DNA of 63,959 nucleotides, the filler included, from Lenisia limosa (lineage: Eukaryota; Protista; Breviatea), in assembly GCA_001655205.1 (NCBI GenBank). It is 10 parts of 10 records of this genome, joined end to end, with 100 filler letters (N's around TTAATTAATTAA, not from the genome) between each part and the next. Parts side by side here need not be neighbours in the genome. Positions count along the whole stretch, not along the records: positions 20,614 to 42,291 come from LPNZ01000993.1; 9 more parts are not named here. The stretch is one strand, 5' to 3'. Below the pieces are notes generated by a model, which had not been told where the DNA came from, searched no databases, and saw nothing but the letters and a program-made list of their open reading frames with translations. Below, piece after piece: positions 24,930 through 38,209 of the stretch. Position 1 is the first letter of the stretch. Every line of letters starts with the position of its first letter. Both the position numbers and the translations under genes were made by a program.

Positions 24930-27900
24930 ATGGACGAATCCACTCAAGACGCTGCTGTAAGACGATTATCAGCTCTTTCCTCGCACATTACAATCCCAAC
25001 GGTTTGATGATGTAAAATCTTATTTGAAAAAAGTAACTGAATTACCCAAAGGGGCAAATATCATATGATATTTATTGAAGTCGATATGTGAAAAAGCTGT
25101 GTTGGAGCCTACTGACTGACTTTCTATTTAGCCACTTGGAGTTGAAATACATGGACCTGTTGCATCATCCTGGCAATCACTGCTCCCCCTGGAGGTTTTG
25201 GAGTTTCTTGCAGGGCTTCATAGGTCAGTAACTCTTTCTTCACTAATGCATACATATTGTATCGATTATCTATATTCTGTTGAAAATTGTCTCCTTGGAA
25301 CGTAATAGTTGTCCAAAGTGTTTATCCTTTGTATACCAAGCAAAATTTTATGTTGAAATTATCTCTTTCACATTGTTTTACATATTTAGATCATTTTGTG
25401 GCAGGAGAGAGACTATTGTGAGTTGGTTAAGATCTGAATTATTATGAAATTGAGATATTTATGAATCATATAAGGTCACATAGGAGGTTTTTGGTTCACT
25501 TATTGTAAGAGCATCATTCAATATTCTTTATTTTGTGGTTGCGATATTGTCTCAATGATACATTATATAATATTAACAGTTTAGCTAAAACAGAGACAGT
25601 GTGTTCAGAGGGAGATAGACCAAGGGGCAGTGCCAGACTTTTTAGTTGAAACAAAGTTTATCCGTGATGATATTACCTGGAAGGTTGGTATCATAGGCTT
25701 GTAACAATGGAACAGAACCTGTTACGTTACTCATCATGCTGTATCAACCTATCATATCTGAGTTTTTGAAAATCATATCAGCAAATTGTGATTGCATTTA
25801 TCATATAGTGTGCTCCGCTTCCCCAAGACCTCATAGAGCGTCAAGTTGAAATCACGGTAATGGCTCTGACAACTTATAATATGTTCAATTATTGGTATAT
25901 AAGCGCGCAAAAATGGAAAATATATCTGAGGAATGCTAACTTCAAAATTGATTTTTGTACAATTTCCGGTATTTCAACCAAATATATGATGTGTCATACT
26001 ATATGCCCTATATTTGCTAAGCCTATCACACTGTAACAAAAAAGGGCCCGGTCGTTCCTGCTAAGTCGGTGATTGAGTCAATGTCGTGCGGTGCGTCAGT
26101 GTTCCTGGCTGATTTCGAGGATGCGAGTTTGTGTGCCTTCTGTAGTGTCATTTGTAGCTTCACCTACTTGGAACAACATTATGCAAGGACAAAAAAATTT
26201 GAAGAACCTATGTCATGGTACTGTTTCAATGGAATAAATAATATGCTCACTTATAGGACCTCTTACTTAAGTTTATTACATCCTGCTACCTTTTAATTTC
26301 ATAAATGCCAGTTTTAAAATCCTAGGTAAATTGAAATCTTGTAAGGGAGAAGCTGCGACAACTTGTAGAAGAACCACTTTGATGATCAGGTAAGCTGAAA
26401 CTATTTTCCTAATTGACATCGATGGGCAAAATAAAAACAAACATTTTTTTTTCATTTTGATTTGTAACATGTAGACCGAGAGGATGGCACATGTTTGAAA
26501 AGCACTTCATTGTTGATGGTGAGGAAATCCACCAGAACATGAGGTGTTACTGTTATAATTGTAGTTTTTGAGTGTCTCATGAAATTCACTTTTGAGTCCT
26601 TGCTCCGTTCTCCTTCGAGGATGTGATTAATAGTAACGATAATATTCTATAAGCATTTGATGTCTGCAATTGTGACTCTATGTCACCTGCCTTTGTAAAA
26701 TCTTTGCCTTTGAGAGTTAATAAATCTTTTCATCGTATAATGAAATTCCCTGAGCCTATTTATTATTTACCTGTAGATAAACCAATGAGTGCATCATTAT
26801 TCGACTTCGGAATGTTCTTCTTCAATAATCAAAGAGCTGTTTGCGGTTCAAATGCTGTTAACAAGGCGGCAGGATTTCTTACTTTTGTAATGCACAAATT
26901 TTTTGATGAAAAAATATATATTTTAGTCACGTATTTAGTTGATCAAGAAGAACAAAGGGTTGTACTTCTACCTTCCAAAAGTAGGCCCTGTCTATTGTGT
27001 CACCAACTTTTATATGACAACTTGTAAATTGCATTTCATTTCATTCAAAAGATTGAATCCCACAAAGAAGCTGAGCTTTGGAATGACGTCTTTATTTGGT
27101 CGCAGGACTACATTGGAATCCCAAGAGGCACCATAAGAGTGGGTGAGGGGAAGCTGGTTGAATTCAATCTGACTTACCTCTTATTGAAAACTTGAAACTA
27201 CAGAAATGTTACTCGATGTATTAAATGTTGTGTTCTGACCAAAAACATAGGCAACTATTTTCATTGAGACTGTTCTGGCTGCGTTCCAAATGGAGGAAAT
27301 TCTCTATCAACTGCGCCACCATGCTGCCGGTTTGATGTGATTTTCTACTATAATTGCAAAAATCTACAGGTCAATGATTTTTGTTTTACAATTGTATCAT
27401 CAGCAGGTTTGAACTGTGGTCGATGGGACTTCATTTTCTCGTACATCAAATTGGTTAGGGATTGCGATGGCTGTGGGTATTGTCAAATAGGAGTTTGAAT
27501 TTACATTCCAACTACCATATACTATATGTATATATATTTCGTAGTCGATAAATTGTTGTGTGTTTTAATTAAGCAGATGATTTCACAAATGGTAGCGTTA
27601 AAGTTAATCATTTAGACTTAATATAAGGAATGTATCGAAAATTTGATCAAGTCATATATAGTCTGATTTCTGCCTTTTGATTGAGTCAGTTCCGACTAAG
27701 AAACACTATGGTTCTGCCTGATCGACAGGCAATATCAGTTTCACAGCCCGTTTTGAGCTCATGTACCAAACTAATGGTACAAACATGTCATAGACGAGGA
27801 GTTCATGCTATTGGTGGATTGGTAAGGCGAGCTACTTGAAGTTGATAAATATATGGTATTGTTTCTAAATTTTCATAATGTTTGTGTCAAAGTAGACCTC

Positions 27901-29207
27901 TGTTCTACAAGTTTCAATAACAAAACCAAGAATGCCAAACTAATATGCATTCAGTCAGCTTCGATTCCCACTCATTCCGAACCTCTGGACAGGGTGGAAG
28001 TTGAAAAGTTCAGAGAAGTCGACGCTGGAATGGATGGAACCTCCGTGGGGGGCAAGACTAATTTTGGTAGATAATGCTGGTTTCCAGTTTTTAGACATAT
28101 GATATTGTGACACCTTATTCAATTGACAAGTTCATACTTGTAGGTTGCCCATGTGAAACTCGTACCAGTTGCAAGATCCGTGTTTATTACCAGGAACATC
28201 TCTACCAACCAGATCAACGTCATGCTGCCCCACGTATGTTGGACTTGTTTCGAGTGGATTGGTTTAGACAGAGTTACATATTATTGGCACTTGTACAGAG
28301 AGTCACTATCTTAGATCACAGTAAGTCGCAGCGACCTTCTAAGACCTGCCATTGGGGAAATAACAATGAGGGGAGTAAAGCGAAACGTTTCAATTGCCCT
28401 TCAATATATCCTGGCATGGCTTGGAGGTTGGTTATTTCTGCCGTCAGATTGCAAGTGAAACCATGTATATTTCGCACAGGAATTTTTAGATGACTAACCT
28501 TGAGTTATGTATTAACTATTTAAGATAACCATTCACTATTGGTTTGCGAAAAATTATGATACCACCATTTTGTAACACAAGACAGACACACACCCTAATT
28601 TTAAACACAAGGCAGTTGTGATTTGTGTAATTAATCCAAAATACAACAGCAGAATTGGAGAGCACAATTCCTGCTTGTTGATTGTGAAGGTACCGGATGG
28701 GTGGAACTATATGGCAAAATGGAGGATACTGCGACTGCCGAAATCTGTCGTGCTCAGGTAATTTCGTACATAAGGGGATAATTGTTGTGTTGTCTCAAGA
28801 TACTCTTTGACAAATAGGGTAATCTTATTCGTTACACTCTTTTATATAATACACCTACATGCCACCTCCAAAATCCAACATTGTAACTCCTCCTGTAGTT
28901 GTGGTCTTGGATTCGTCATAACCGTTTGGCTGGATCGACCCCCATCACTGCTGAAGTAGTTGCACGGGAGATTGGTAATGAAATCCGAAGAATCCTCACT
29001 GCCAACACTGACACGGGTTAGGTGGTTTGACTTGTGGCATTTACAAATATCTATTCTGCAACTATCGTGGTGACTCATGTGCCAATCTGGTCTAATCGTA
29101 TAGACCCAAATCGCCTCCTTCAAGCAAGTCAGATCCTCTCGGCTCTCACTCTCCGAGACACTTTTCCCAGCCATTTGACAGATGATGCCTATGAGTATCT
29201 GAACTAG
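24930..29207 (+). CDS. MLS1: malate synthase (MSA type), apparently complete, multi-exon
   Basis: LEFLAGLHR; [13 protein letters not shown]; [13 protein letters not shown]; RPRGWHM; [20 protein letters not shown]; [18 protein letters not shown]; [10 protein letters not shown]; [11 protein letters not shown]; [13 protein letters not shown]; ends AYEYLN*. The catalytic Arg, Mg ligands and catalytic Asp are present. Confidence 0.95.
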
Positions 29208-29443
29208 CAACGTAGGGTCATGAAATATCACAATTGATTTTTCAATTTTGTCCTTTTGAATTTTATTTTTTGTGATCTTTCAGTGCGTAATTGTATGTAT
29301 GATTTATAGCAATCCAAATTTGTTATTATGGAACGACCCAATGAGAACTAATTGAAAAACATACATACATCCCAGCAAATAATGAATAAATAAGATACCA
29401 TGTGTCCCAAACAGGACCAATCCAAACCCCTAATTTCGAGCTT

Positions 29444-32400
29444 CTACGGCGCCTCAACGATGAAATCCCTGAGCTTGGCCACCCACGCGTCCCTGTCATC
29501 GATTGTGCGCGTGGCAAACACCCATCGACGACCTAAAATGACTTAAGAAGCTTCACGTACTGTACATCATATAAAATAACAGATGAGCAAAAAAACAAGG
29601 TTATAATATATCGATATATGATATCTACAGCATATAATATGAACATTTCGCTTGCTCTCTCTCGTTCGTTGTGTGCGCTAGAGAGTGAGATAGTCAGTGT
29701 ATGTGTGTGGACATGAGAGTGTGCGCTGTGTGCAGTTCAAAGAGTGGAAGAGTGAATCCACAATGTAACGCCTTTTATGAATTTATCAGAAGAGTGGATA
29801 TTCATTCTTTTCAAGCCCACTTTGAGTGACCAGGGTGAATTGGTACTTGTTGCCCGATTTTGCAAGGATCTATAGTGTCAAATTCGTAATCAAGGTGCCA
29901 AACATTCGAGCCTTATTAAGAAGGCAATAAGACCAAAAAACATCAATGATGATCAATTGTATAATATAGGGCAATAGTTTCGTGCTCCTATGGTATGGTT
30001 GCGTATCCGTTTCATTGCATGATTTTGAGGCTTACAAAAAATAAAATTTAGGTTAGCAACAAAAACAAAAGCAATGCCCAATTTCAATATCAATATCTTA
30101 ACTGACGTCAATTTTAGACACGTCTTGAAGGTGAATAGCCCCCAGTATTTTGTAGGGATTCTGGGCATCCGCTTCTTTCTCATAGTAATGGAGTTCCTGG
30201 AGGGTAAACCGAGAAAAATTAATGATAAATAACGAGAATATTAAAACAACACTGAAGAAAAAAAAAAACACCAGGTCAATCTGAATGAAATATAGAGTAC
30301 CGCGCACTCCGTTATCGCAAACGACGCAGAAGCGGGATTGGAAAGATTTCAGCCGGCTGCCTGATTTCTTTAACAGCGGCCCAGAGAAAACCTGGGAGAG
30401 GGCGGGAGGTTAGTGCCAAAGTGACAATAGAAAGACTCAGGTATTGGTTACCATACCGTTTTTTGTTCTTCCTGATTGCCTTTCTTGTTTACCCTAAAAT
30501 CAGTGAATTCACTCGGCTAATACTGTGAGGTAATGCCATATATTCTTATTCAAAATTTCAGTAAAAATCCCCCTCTCACTCCACTGCCGACATCGACTTG
30601 GTCCTGACAAGGCCTTTAGGAAGGTTCAACATTCCGCTTTCTCTCGAGGGCTCAGGCATTGGTGTCGTCTCACCCTTATGGGGCCGGGGGATAGAGCGGA
30701 GCTGGGTTAGAGTGAATTAACTTCAAAAAATTGTTAAAGCAGGGTTTCAAATGGGTAATTAAACTGCTATCCGAGCCAAATTTCCCATTTGAAACCTGCT
30801 TTAAAGGAAGGACAGTTTACCTGAGGGTGGGTGGACATTTGTGGCTTCACCCACTCTCTAGGGTTGTGCCCATAAAAAATACGGAAATTATTGAAAGATG
30901 ACCCATCATCAACCTGCAACAATACACCCAAGGGGAGGCTAGAACTGTACCCACTTTGGATTTGTGCCCATTGAAAAATACGGGTTTTTTTTAAAATCTA
31001 ACCCTCGTGCACTCCCACCCAGGTTTGTGACGAAGAGAAAAGTAAAGAATGTGTGTACCCCCGGACCATATATATATATATGATATATATGGTATATATT
31101 AATGTAATACCAATACTTGAAAATGCAAGATCAGTGAGACAGCCAAGACTACCAGGATATCGCGAGTTGGCGAGGGCTGAACTGAATGTCGCATTCTTCC
31201 TGCATAGAGATTGTCCCACACCTGTGAAGGGCATGATTAAAAACAGCATAAAACACACCATGTTAGTGTATTGGTACGTAGAATGCTATTACTCTACTTG
31301 GCAACAACCTGGTGAAATATGAAATAAAGATGCAATTCTGTTGTCTCGCGTGTTTGTGGGATGAAGGGTATTGTCCTAATAGTTTATCTGGTTTACCGTT
31401 TTAGGAACTGAAGAATAGATCCGAGAGGAGGGCGGAAGCCAAATTGGACAGGAAGGTATTATTGCGAGTATATTTTTTTTCTTGACCATTTTTTGTTGTG
31501 AATTTAACACTCTCCTCTTTCTCATCTGACAAGCTGAAACACGAAAGAGGACTCCTTGCAAGCGCGATTATTTGCCTTGAAAGAGGTATTTTATGAAATC
31601 ATGTCGTTGTAGAATAATGAGATGAGATTGATAGCTGTCTGGTTATAATCTTGCAGTGCGTATCCCCATAAAATACCAATCTATTTCGTGAACCACAGGG
31701 TTTTTCTTTTAGCTATTAAGAATATTCCCCTTGTTGCGTCTTCCCACCTTTATAGACATTGGAGATAGGGACGGTTCAATATAGCCGTGGGGGGTGAAGA
31801 GAGGGTTGATAAATCGTGACGAATCTAGGGGGAGGGTGTGAACCAATAAGCAATTTTCATATTTATAACCACTACAGTATCGTGGGGAAGGCGAACCGTG
31901 GGATATCAGAAAATTGTGAGTTCGGGATAAATCTTGAGTCGGTTTTTTGTTTTGGAAATATGAACGTCCAATATCTATATTAGATGGTATAACCATAAAA
32001 CCCCCTCACCCGTGCAAATGGGATCCCAGACAGAAAAGGTAGTTTTGCTGAGGTGGAGGTCTTGGCGATGCTGCATGCTGTTTCCAAGAAATGTGCCGTA
32101 TTGGCATCTGTGTCGGTTACATTGGAGGGGAATACAAAGCAGCCTTTCTTGTACCCGAAAACGTAAAATAAGCGACAAAAGATATTCAGATAACATACTT
32201 AGTTTTCTTACTTTGTCTCATTTTTATGATTATGATAATCATGTTATTTAATGCTTGAGTGGTATCTTTAATCATCATCTAAAACTATGTAACTTGTTAT
32301 AAAAACCGATCAATATCAGAGCAGGGTCCCACGAGTGAAGATGGCTGTGGATATGGAGAAGGAAAGTCTCATTGAACTCGAATGCACGGGGGAATTGGTC

Positions 32401-35400
32401 CATCATTTGCCACACGCAGTCCAGGAACTGGCTGAAGATCTAAAGTGTCACCTTCTTGCCTTTTTCAAAAGTATCACTTTATTCCGAGCCAACAGGAGAC
32501 TTCTGATTTTCGTCTGTGTTGGAAGTGACAGCATCAGTCTGGTGTCCACACCTGGATTCTATAACACTAGTCGCTTTTTAAGACAAAATTAAACCCAGTG
32601 CCACGTCGAACAGAGAAATCAGATAGCAATACATAAGATCATATATTACTATCTAAATACCATCGTCAGTGATATTGTAACCTTAATTAAGGCAGAAATA
32701 AGACAATTATATATTTCTCAATCTTCAGAATAATACCCTTGAATGAGAAATGGAAAGGCAAACCTGAGAGCAAACTGGTGACCGAAGCCAACCCAATCCT
32801 TCTCAACAAGAACCACGAAACCTTGGATTGTCCTATAATGGCATGAAATGATGAAGCTGAATATTTTCCTTGTCCAACTCTCTGCAACTATCTATCAGCA
32901 CCCTATGGGGAAGATATTAATGTCAACATTACATAAACACTATGATATATTATATACATGTGCATACCATATGATATGTATAGCTGCTATACATATGATA
33001 TCTTGGTCAGCGTTTCAGAACCGAATTATGATATTTTGCATAGTATTATACTATATTATAGATAGGTGTGATACTACTACATATAAATTGATATCTAAAA
33101 AAAATCATTTTTCGAGAATATCCGTATTTGAAGTGAACGGTAAGCCCTACAAAGGAGCTTCCAAGCCCACCTGTAGTAGCTGTCTAGCATCAATTGCGAA
33201 AGCGCCACAATCTGTGCTGTTCTGTCCCACCCATCACTGCAGTGCACTAATACGGACGTTCCGTTGCAGATGTCCTGGCTGGCCAACACAGCACCCTGTG
33301 ACGTTGTCAATGAAAAAAAATAAATAAAGAGTAACATACATAAATAATAGTTACAACGGGACCATTCACATTAACAATAACGAGGCCTACTTGGAGGATC
33401 AACTGGATGTTGTCCAGCCATCCAGAGTTCAGTATCGAGGACAGGTACTTGGAAGGTGGCTGAGGGGCTGGTGGGGTCTTAGAAACTTCCATTTACGGAG
33501 AAGCAGAAGAGATATGATAGATTTTAACCGAACTCACATCCAAGAACGGTCATATCATGGTCAATTTGAAGTGCCTCAATGAGCTTACGTTGCCTACAGA
33601 ATATCAAGTATTATGTTAAAATTTGGGAATATACACTCTAGATATAGAAATAATAATATCTCACGGCACTGATCTTTTTTGGACAATATGACTAATGTAA
33701 CGCTGACTTGTGAGGTTATAACTAGCCAGTATCATTAAACAACGCATATATCCACACCTCCCACTTACGATTCTCTTACAACGTGGATATTAGGGATGTT
33801 CAAGAAGTCCACCTTGACGCCTCCGTAGACACTGGCTGATTCCACTCTGGAAAGTCAACTGCTTCATCTCCATTAGTATATGGATCTTGGACTGTAATGA
33901 TGATCAAATTCATTCGTTGTATTCAAACGAAATGAAGCAAATTTCTGCGAGGTTCCTTGGTATAAAGACCTGATGGACTTCACAATTCAGACTTTTCCTT
34001 CAATAAGGATTCCCATCACACCCTTTCCCGGTAGCCTGATTTGCGAGTACATTGGCGTAGGGTCGAGCATCAAGAATGTGCAGAGTTGGTGACATCTGTC
34101 ATCAGTTAGGTGGGTCAGAATGTAGAAATTCCTCGTTTAAACAAAACACAACACCCAGTTAACTATGATGAATGAGAGAAAAAAAAATCACATGTTTCGC
34201 CTCTTCTATTAGTTTTCAGGCATACTGGATTGGTTCGGATAATGGCTCTGATAAGGGACTGATCAGCTGTACTCTTGCGGTTACCAATACCCTTGGTAAA
34301 TAAGTAACATATAGATAACTGGTTTGGATTCTGTTAATTATGAGAATGAGCTTGAAAAACAACAGGACCAACCAGGCACGCCAAATTTAGAAAAAATAAA
34401 TAAGACGAGATCTTCATCCCACTCACCACACAAGGTTGCGAGCATCGTGTTATTGAAGCCTTGGACTCGGGGTGCAACCATGAGAGGGCAGGGATTCGGG
34501 CTCGGGAGCGGAAGTCTGCCACATCCCTCAAGGCTGGGGGGGGGGGNNNNNNNNNNNNNNNNNNNNNNNNNNNNNNNNNNNNNNNNNNNNNNNNNNNNNN
34601 NNNNNNNNNNNNNNNNNNNNNNNNNNNNNGTGTTGTGTGCATGGATATGATGTAAATGATTGACCAGCTGTTCAAGAATATTATTAATAATGAGTAAACC
34701 ATCTTGACCAGCTGTTCAAGAGAATATTATTGACAATGAGAAAACCATCTTGTATAACGTATCCCCACTTTCATCAGACACTTCTTTTGGTACCGCCATG
34801 ATGTTGGGGTAGGTGGACGAAAACATAAAGTCATCGTTTACGTCAGTAAACCGCCAGCTGGATCCTGGGGAGGAAAATGAGAGTTATTATTTGGGGGTGA
34901 GTCAAAGCGGGTACCCAAAAAGCAGTTTAACATGCATTAAAAAAGCGCTTCAATTTGACTTTGTATCATACTGAGTTCATTCCAAATGACTAGCGCCCTC
35001 ATCATAGTGACAGCTGAATCACTGCTGCCTATGTCCCTAACATCCTTCAGTGGATGGGACCATGGTCGAAGCCATCCACACATTAGGGTTATGAAGGATG
35101 GAGATTATCCAGGATAATATTATTTACCTTCAATCTGCATCCGTTCAAATTCTGCTCGGATGTCAAAGAGACTCCACCCTGGTGTTTCAAGGGACCTTGG
35201 TGCATTTTGCGAGGATTTTCTACATTGTTGAGAGAAAAGAACAAAAGAAGTATACTTGAAGTTGAAATTTGGATTAACCTGTAAAACGACAGATAAGATG
35301 ACCTCCTCTTTTGAAAAAGCAAAGCAAACCTGTAAGAAAAAGCAAAGGGAATGAAGAGAGTCCTTGTACTGAGAATCAACTTCAATGCTGAAGGGATGTT

Positions 35401-38127
35401 AGCCCAAGGAAAAATTGAATTGCTGTCACTCCATCTTCAACATACAGCATCACAGAAGGTAATTAATTATCACAAATAATGGTAGAATCATAATGAACCT
35501 CAGGCTCCCACCCTCTTCTCGTGAGTCTTCTTTGGCAAGGAAACCGAAGTCCAATGTTTGGAAGTCTTTTGTGGTAATATGGAGTCCGTTGGAGGTTGAG
35601 CGGTAAGCTGTGGGGAAAAAAAGTTTATTAGAAAATGATTCTACAATAATACAACGAAAATGAGCGACAATTGTACGTCAAAAAGTTCAAAAAAATTAAA
35701 AGTAATGTCCAAAAACAATGGTACCAGCAAATATGATGAAGATATGCAATGAGGAAAGGAGAAAGAGAGGTTATAATATGCTTTAAGATATATCGGATAT
35801 TGGACCTTACTGGTTTCATACCAATATTGTGGGATTTCCTTTTGAGTGGTTCTGCGGTTTTGATAGACACAATGGGAATGGATAATCTAAAATGGGTAAC
35901 AAGGTGCTGTTGCAATAACTTGAAATTCAAATATTTTAGTTGATCTTAGAAAAGTGAAATACAGGATTACTGCATTAATTGGGAACTATTCATAGAAATT
36001 ATAAACTACAGCCCGCCAGTCATATTCGAAAATGGCGTTTTTCTACTTAGGATCAAGGGATTTTTCTGACAGTCCCATTCTTACTGTTGGATACACGGAT
36101 CCTCATCGTTTAGCGGAACGAACACGATTCGATATGAAGTGATGTACATGAAGCCTAACACACGAGCTTCATTGAGGACTACATCAATGAGATAAAATAA
36201 AATCGAACTAATAAAATTGGGATAAGAAACAAGGAAAACATAACAATTAATTCAAGATTTCCTCTATCTATCACTTAATTCATTACCAACACGTTTCTAT
36301 TTACCAAGGTAATCATACATGTTTCAGGAAGAGACATCTCGGCAGTGGGAGATGGCATTCTTGGATTAAGATGCTCACACGGGTAGAACTAAACAGTTTA
36401 TTAGGAAATTTCAGAATATTATCCCAGAGAAGAAAACAGCTCTTCCTAACAATAAAGCAATCTAAGGCGTAATTCTGGACCGAAAAATTTCGTTATCAAG
36501 CTAAAGAGCTACTAACCTTGTTGAGGCTTTCGCCCTGGAGCCAGGCAGGAGCATTCCAGTTTTTACAGTGCTTGGACGCAAGTTGTAGAGACTCAAGGTC
36601 AGTGACAGCCCCAGTTTCGACAAGGGCCTGTACACATGCTGAGGAACCTTGGGAGGGGAGGGGGGTAAAATGGAGAATTTATGAAACAAACAAGCCTAGG
36701 ATCAACTCTATAGGCTTGCATTTGGGAAACACACAAGCGTTAACACCAAAACAAAGACCAGGCCACACCACATTCCATCACTCCAGTGTAAGGAGATGGG
36801 TAAGACAAGCTGGCTTGGTCTTGTGTGATGGTTTTGGCACTGGATCAAGATGTGGTCTGATGTCCAGACGTTGGAAGAGAACCATATTCGTGAACTTGTG
36901 TTTAAAAAACTACATTCTCGCAAGCACCCACCTCTTTCGACGGCCATTTCCAGGGCCGAACGTCCGTCTGAAAGTGTATTAATGTCCGTTCCTAGATAGG
37001 TAAGTAGAAAGCTTCCATGGGATGAAAGAATAAACATCTATTATGTTTATCAAGACTTTCACCAAAAACGCCAACTTACCATGTCTGGAAAGGAACAAAA
37101 TGCATTGGGGATGATCAAGTAGCACCGCAAAGTGAATTGGTGAGATGAGATTATGTTGCGGAGATTGCTGAGACACATTAGTATAAAGAATTTGATGCCA
37201 GTCATATTATTCTCCCATATTCACCTGGATTAGATTGATGTTTGAAGCACATTTTTCACAGAGCTGGTCAGTCTCTGAGGTCATAATCTGGGGGGGGGGG
37301 TGAAGTATGATTACAGCATGACGATGCTATTGTCTTTCTGAGAGAAAGAATCATCAGCAAAGCAAATTAATTAGCTTAAATAATTTGGGATATATTGCAC
37401 ACCGCAGAAGACAGCAAATCGGTTTCAGAAAATCGAGCAGTATGTATCTGCGAGTCGGCGTCTTCAGCCTGAACAATGATTTATGATAGAAAGTACAATG
37501 TGACATACTATATTGCTCCGTTACCTGGGCGGTCATTCAACAACGGTGAAATGTTTTGGTATTAAAATTTATGAAACAAACGAAAGGTAAATATCCTTGG
37601 TCAAAGAAACGGTATAAAAAAAAAGTTGAAAAGATGGATACTGGGCAAAGTTATACAATAAATGTAGAAAACTGTCAGTTGACAGACGAAGTACCTCACC
37701 CCCCCCCTCCAACATCATTGGCAAGATCCATAACAGTCAACTTGTTGCCAGTACTATCAACATTTTGACTTTCATCAACATGACGGGTTAGTGGTGCTTC
37801 CTCCTCATCTTTGTCTTCCTGAGACTCACTCATGAGATCATCAACTGTGTCCTCATGAAGTGTACCTGATTCAAGTTCCACATCATTGTCATTGACGCTA
37901 TCGGGTAATGGAGCTTCGAAGGCAGCGGATTGATCAGCTTTATTACCATTAAGTTGGAGGTTGTGAAGTTCCGAGTCCGCCATTCCTTTACTAAACTGTT
38001 CAATTATCACTTTTACATTAAATAAGGGTGAGGAGGGTCTTGAGAGGGGAGAGGGCAGGAGAGGGGGGTGATCAAGAAGGAAAATTTCTGTCGGCAACCG
38101 GGCAGTGATACTATTAGTTTTCGACAT
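29444..38127 (-). CDS. catalytically intact myotubularin with N-terminal ankyrin repeats, PH-GRAM and a C-terminal PH domain
   Basis: Ankyrin-like [19 protein letters not shown] and [16 protein letters not shown]; [12 protein letters not shown]; [15 protein letters not shown]; [17 protein letters not shown]; [14 protein letters not shown]; [21 protein letters not shown]; PH exons [50 protein letters not shown]. Confidence 0.92.
30740..30798. mobile_element. MITE family 5 (CAGGG TIR, hAT-like)
   Basis: CAGGGTTTCAAATGGG...CCCATTTGAAACCTG flanked by TGTTAAAG / CTTTAAAG (imperfect 8-bp TSD). Confidence 0.45.
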
Positions 38128-38209
38128 TTTTCAGACTATTTTAGTTTGTTCATTGGTTTATTAAGTTACAACAAAGTTACACCTAAAACAACAACGGAAG
38201 ACTTATGAT

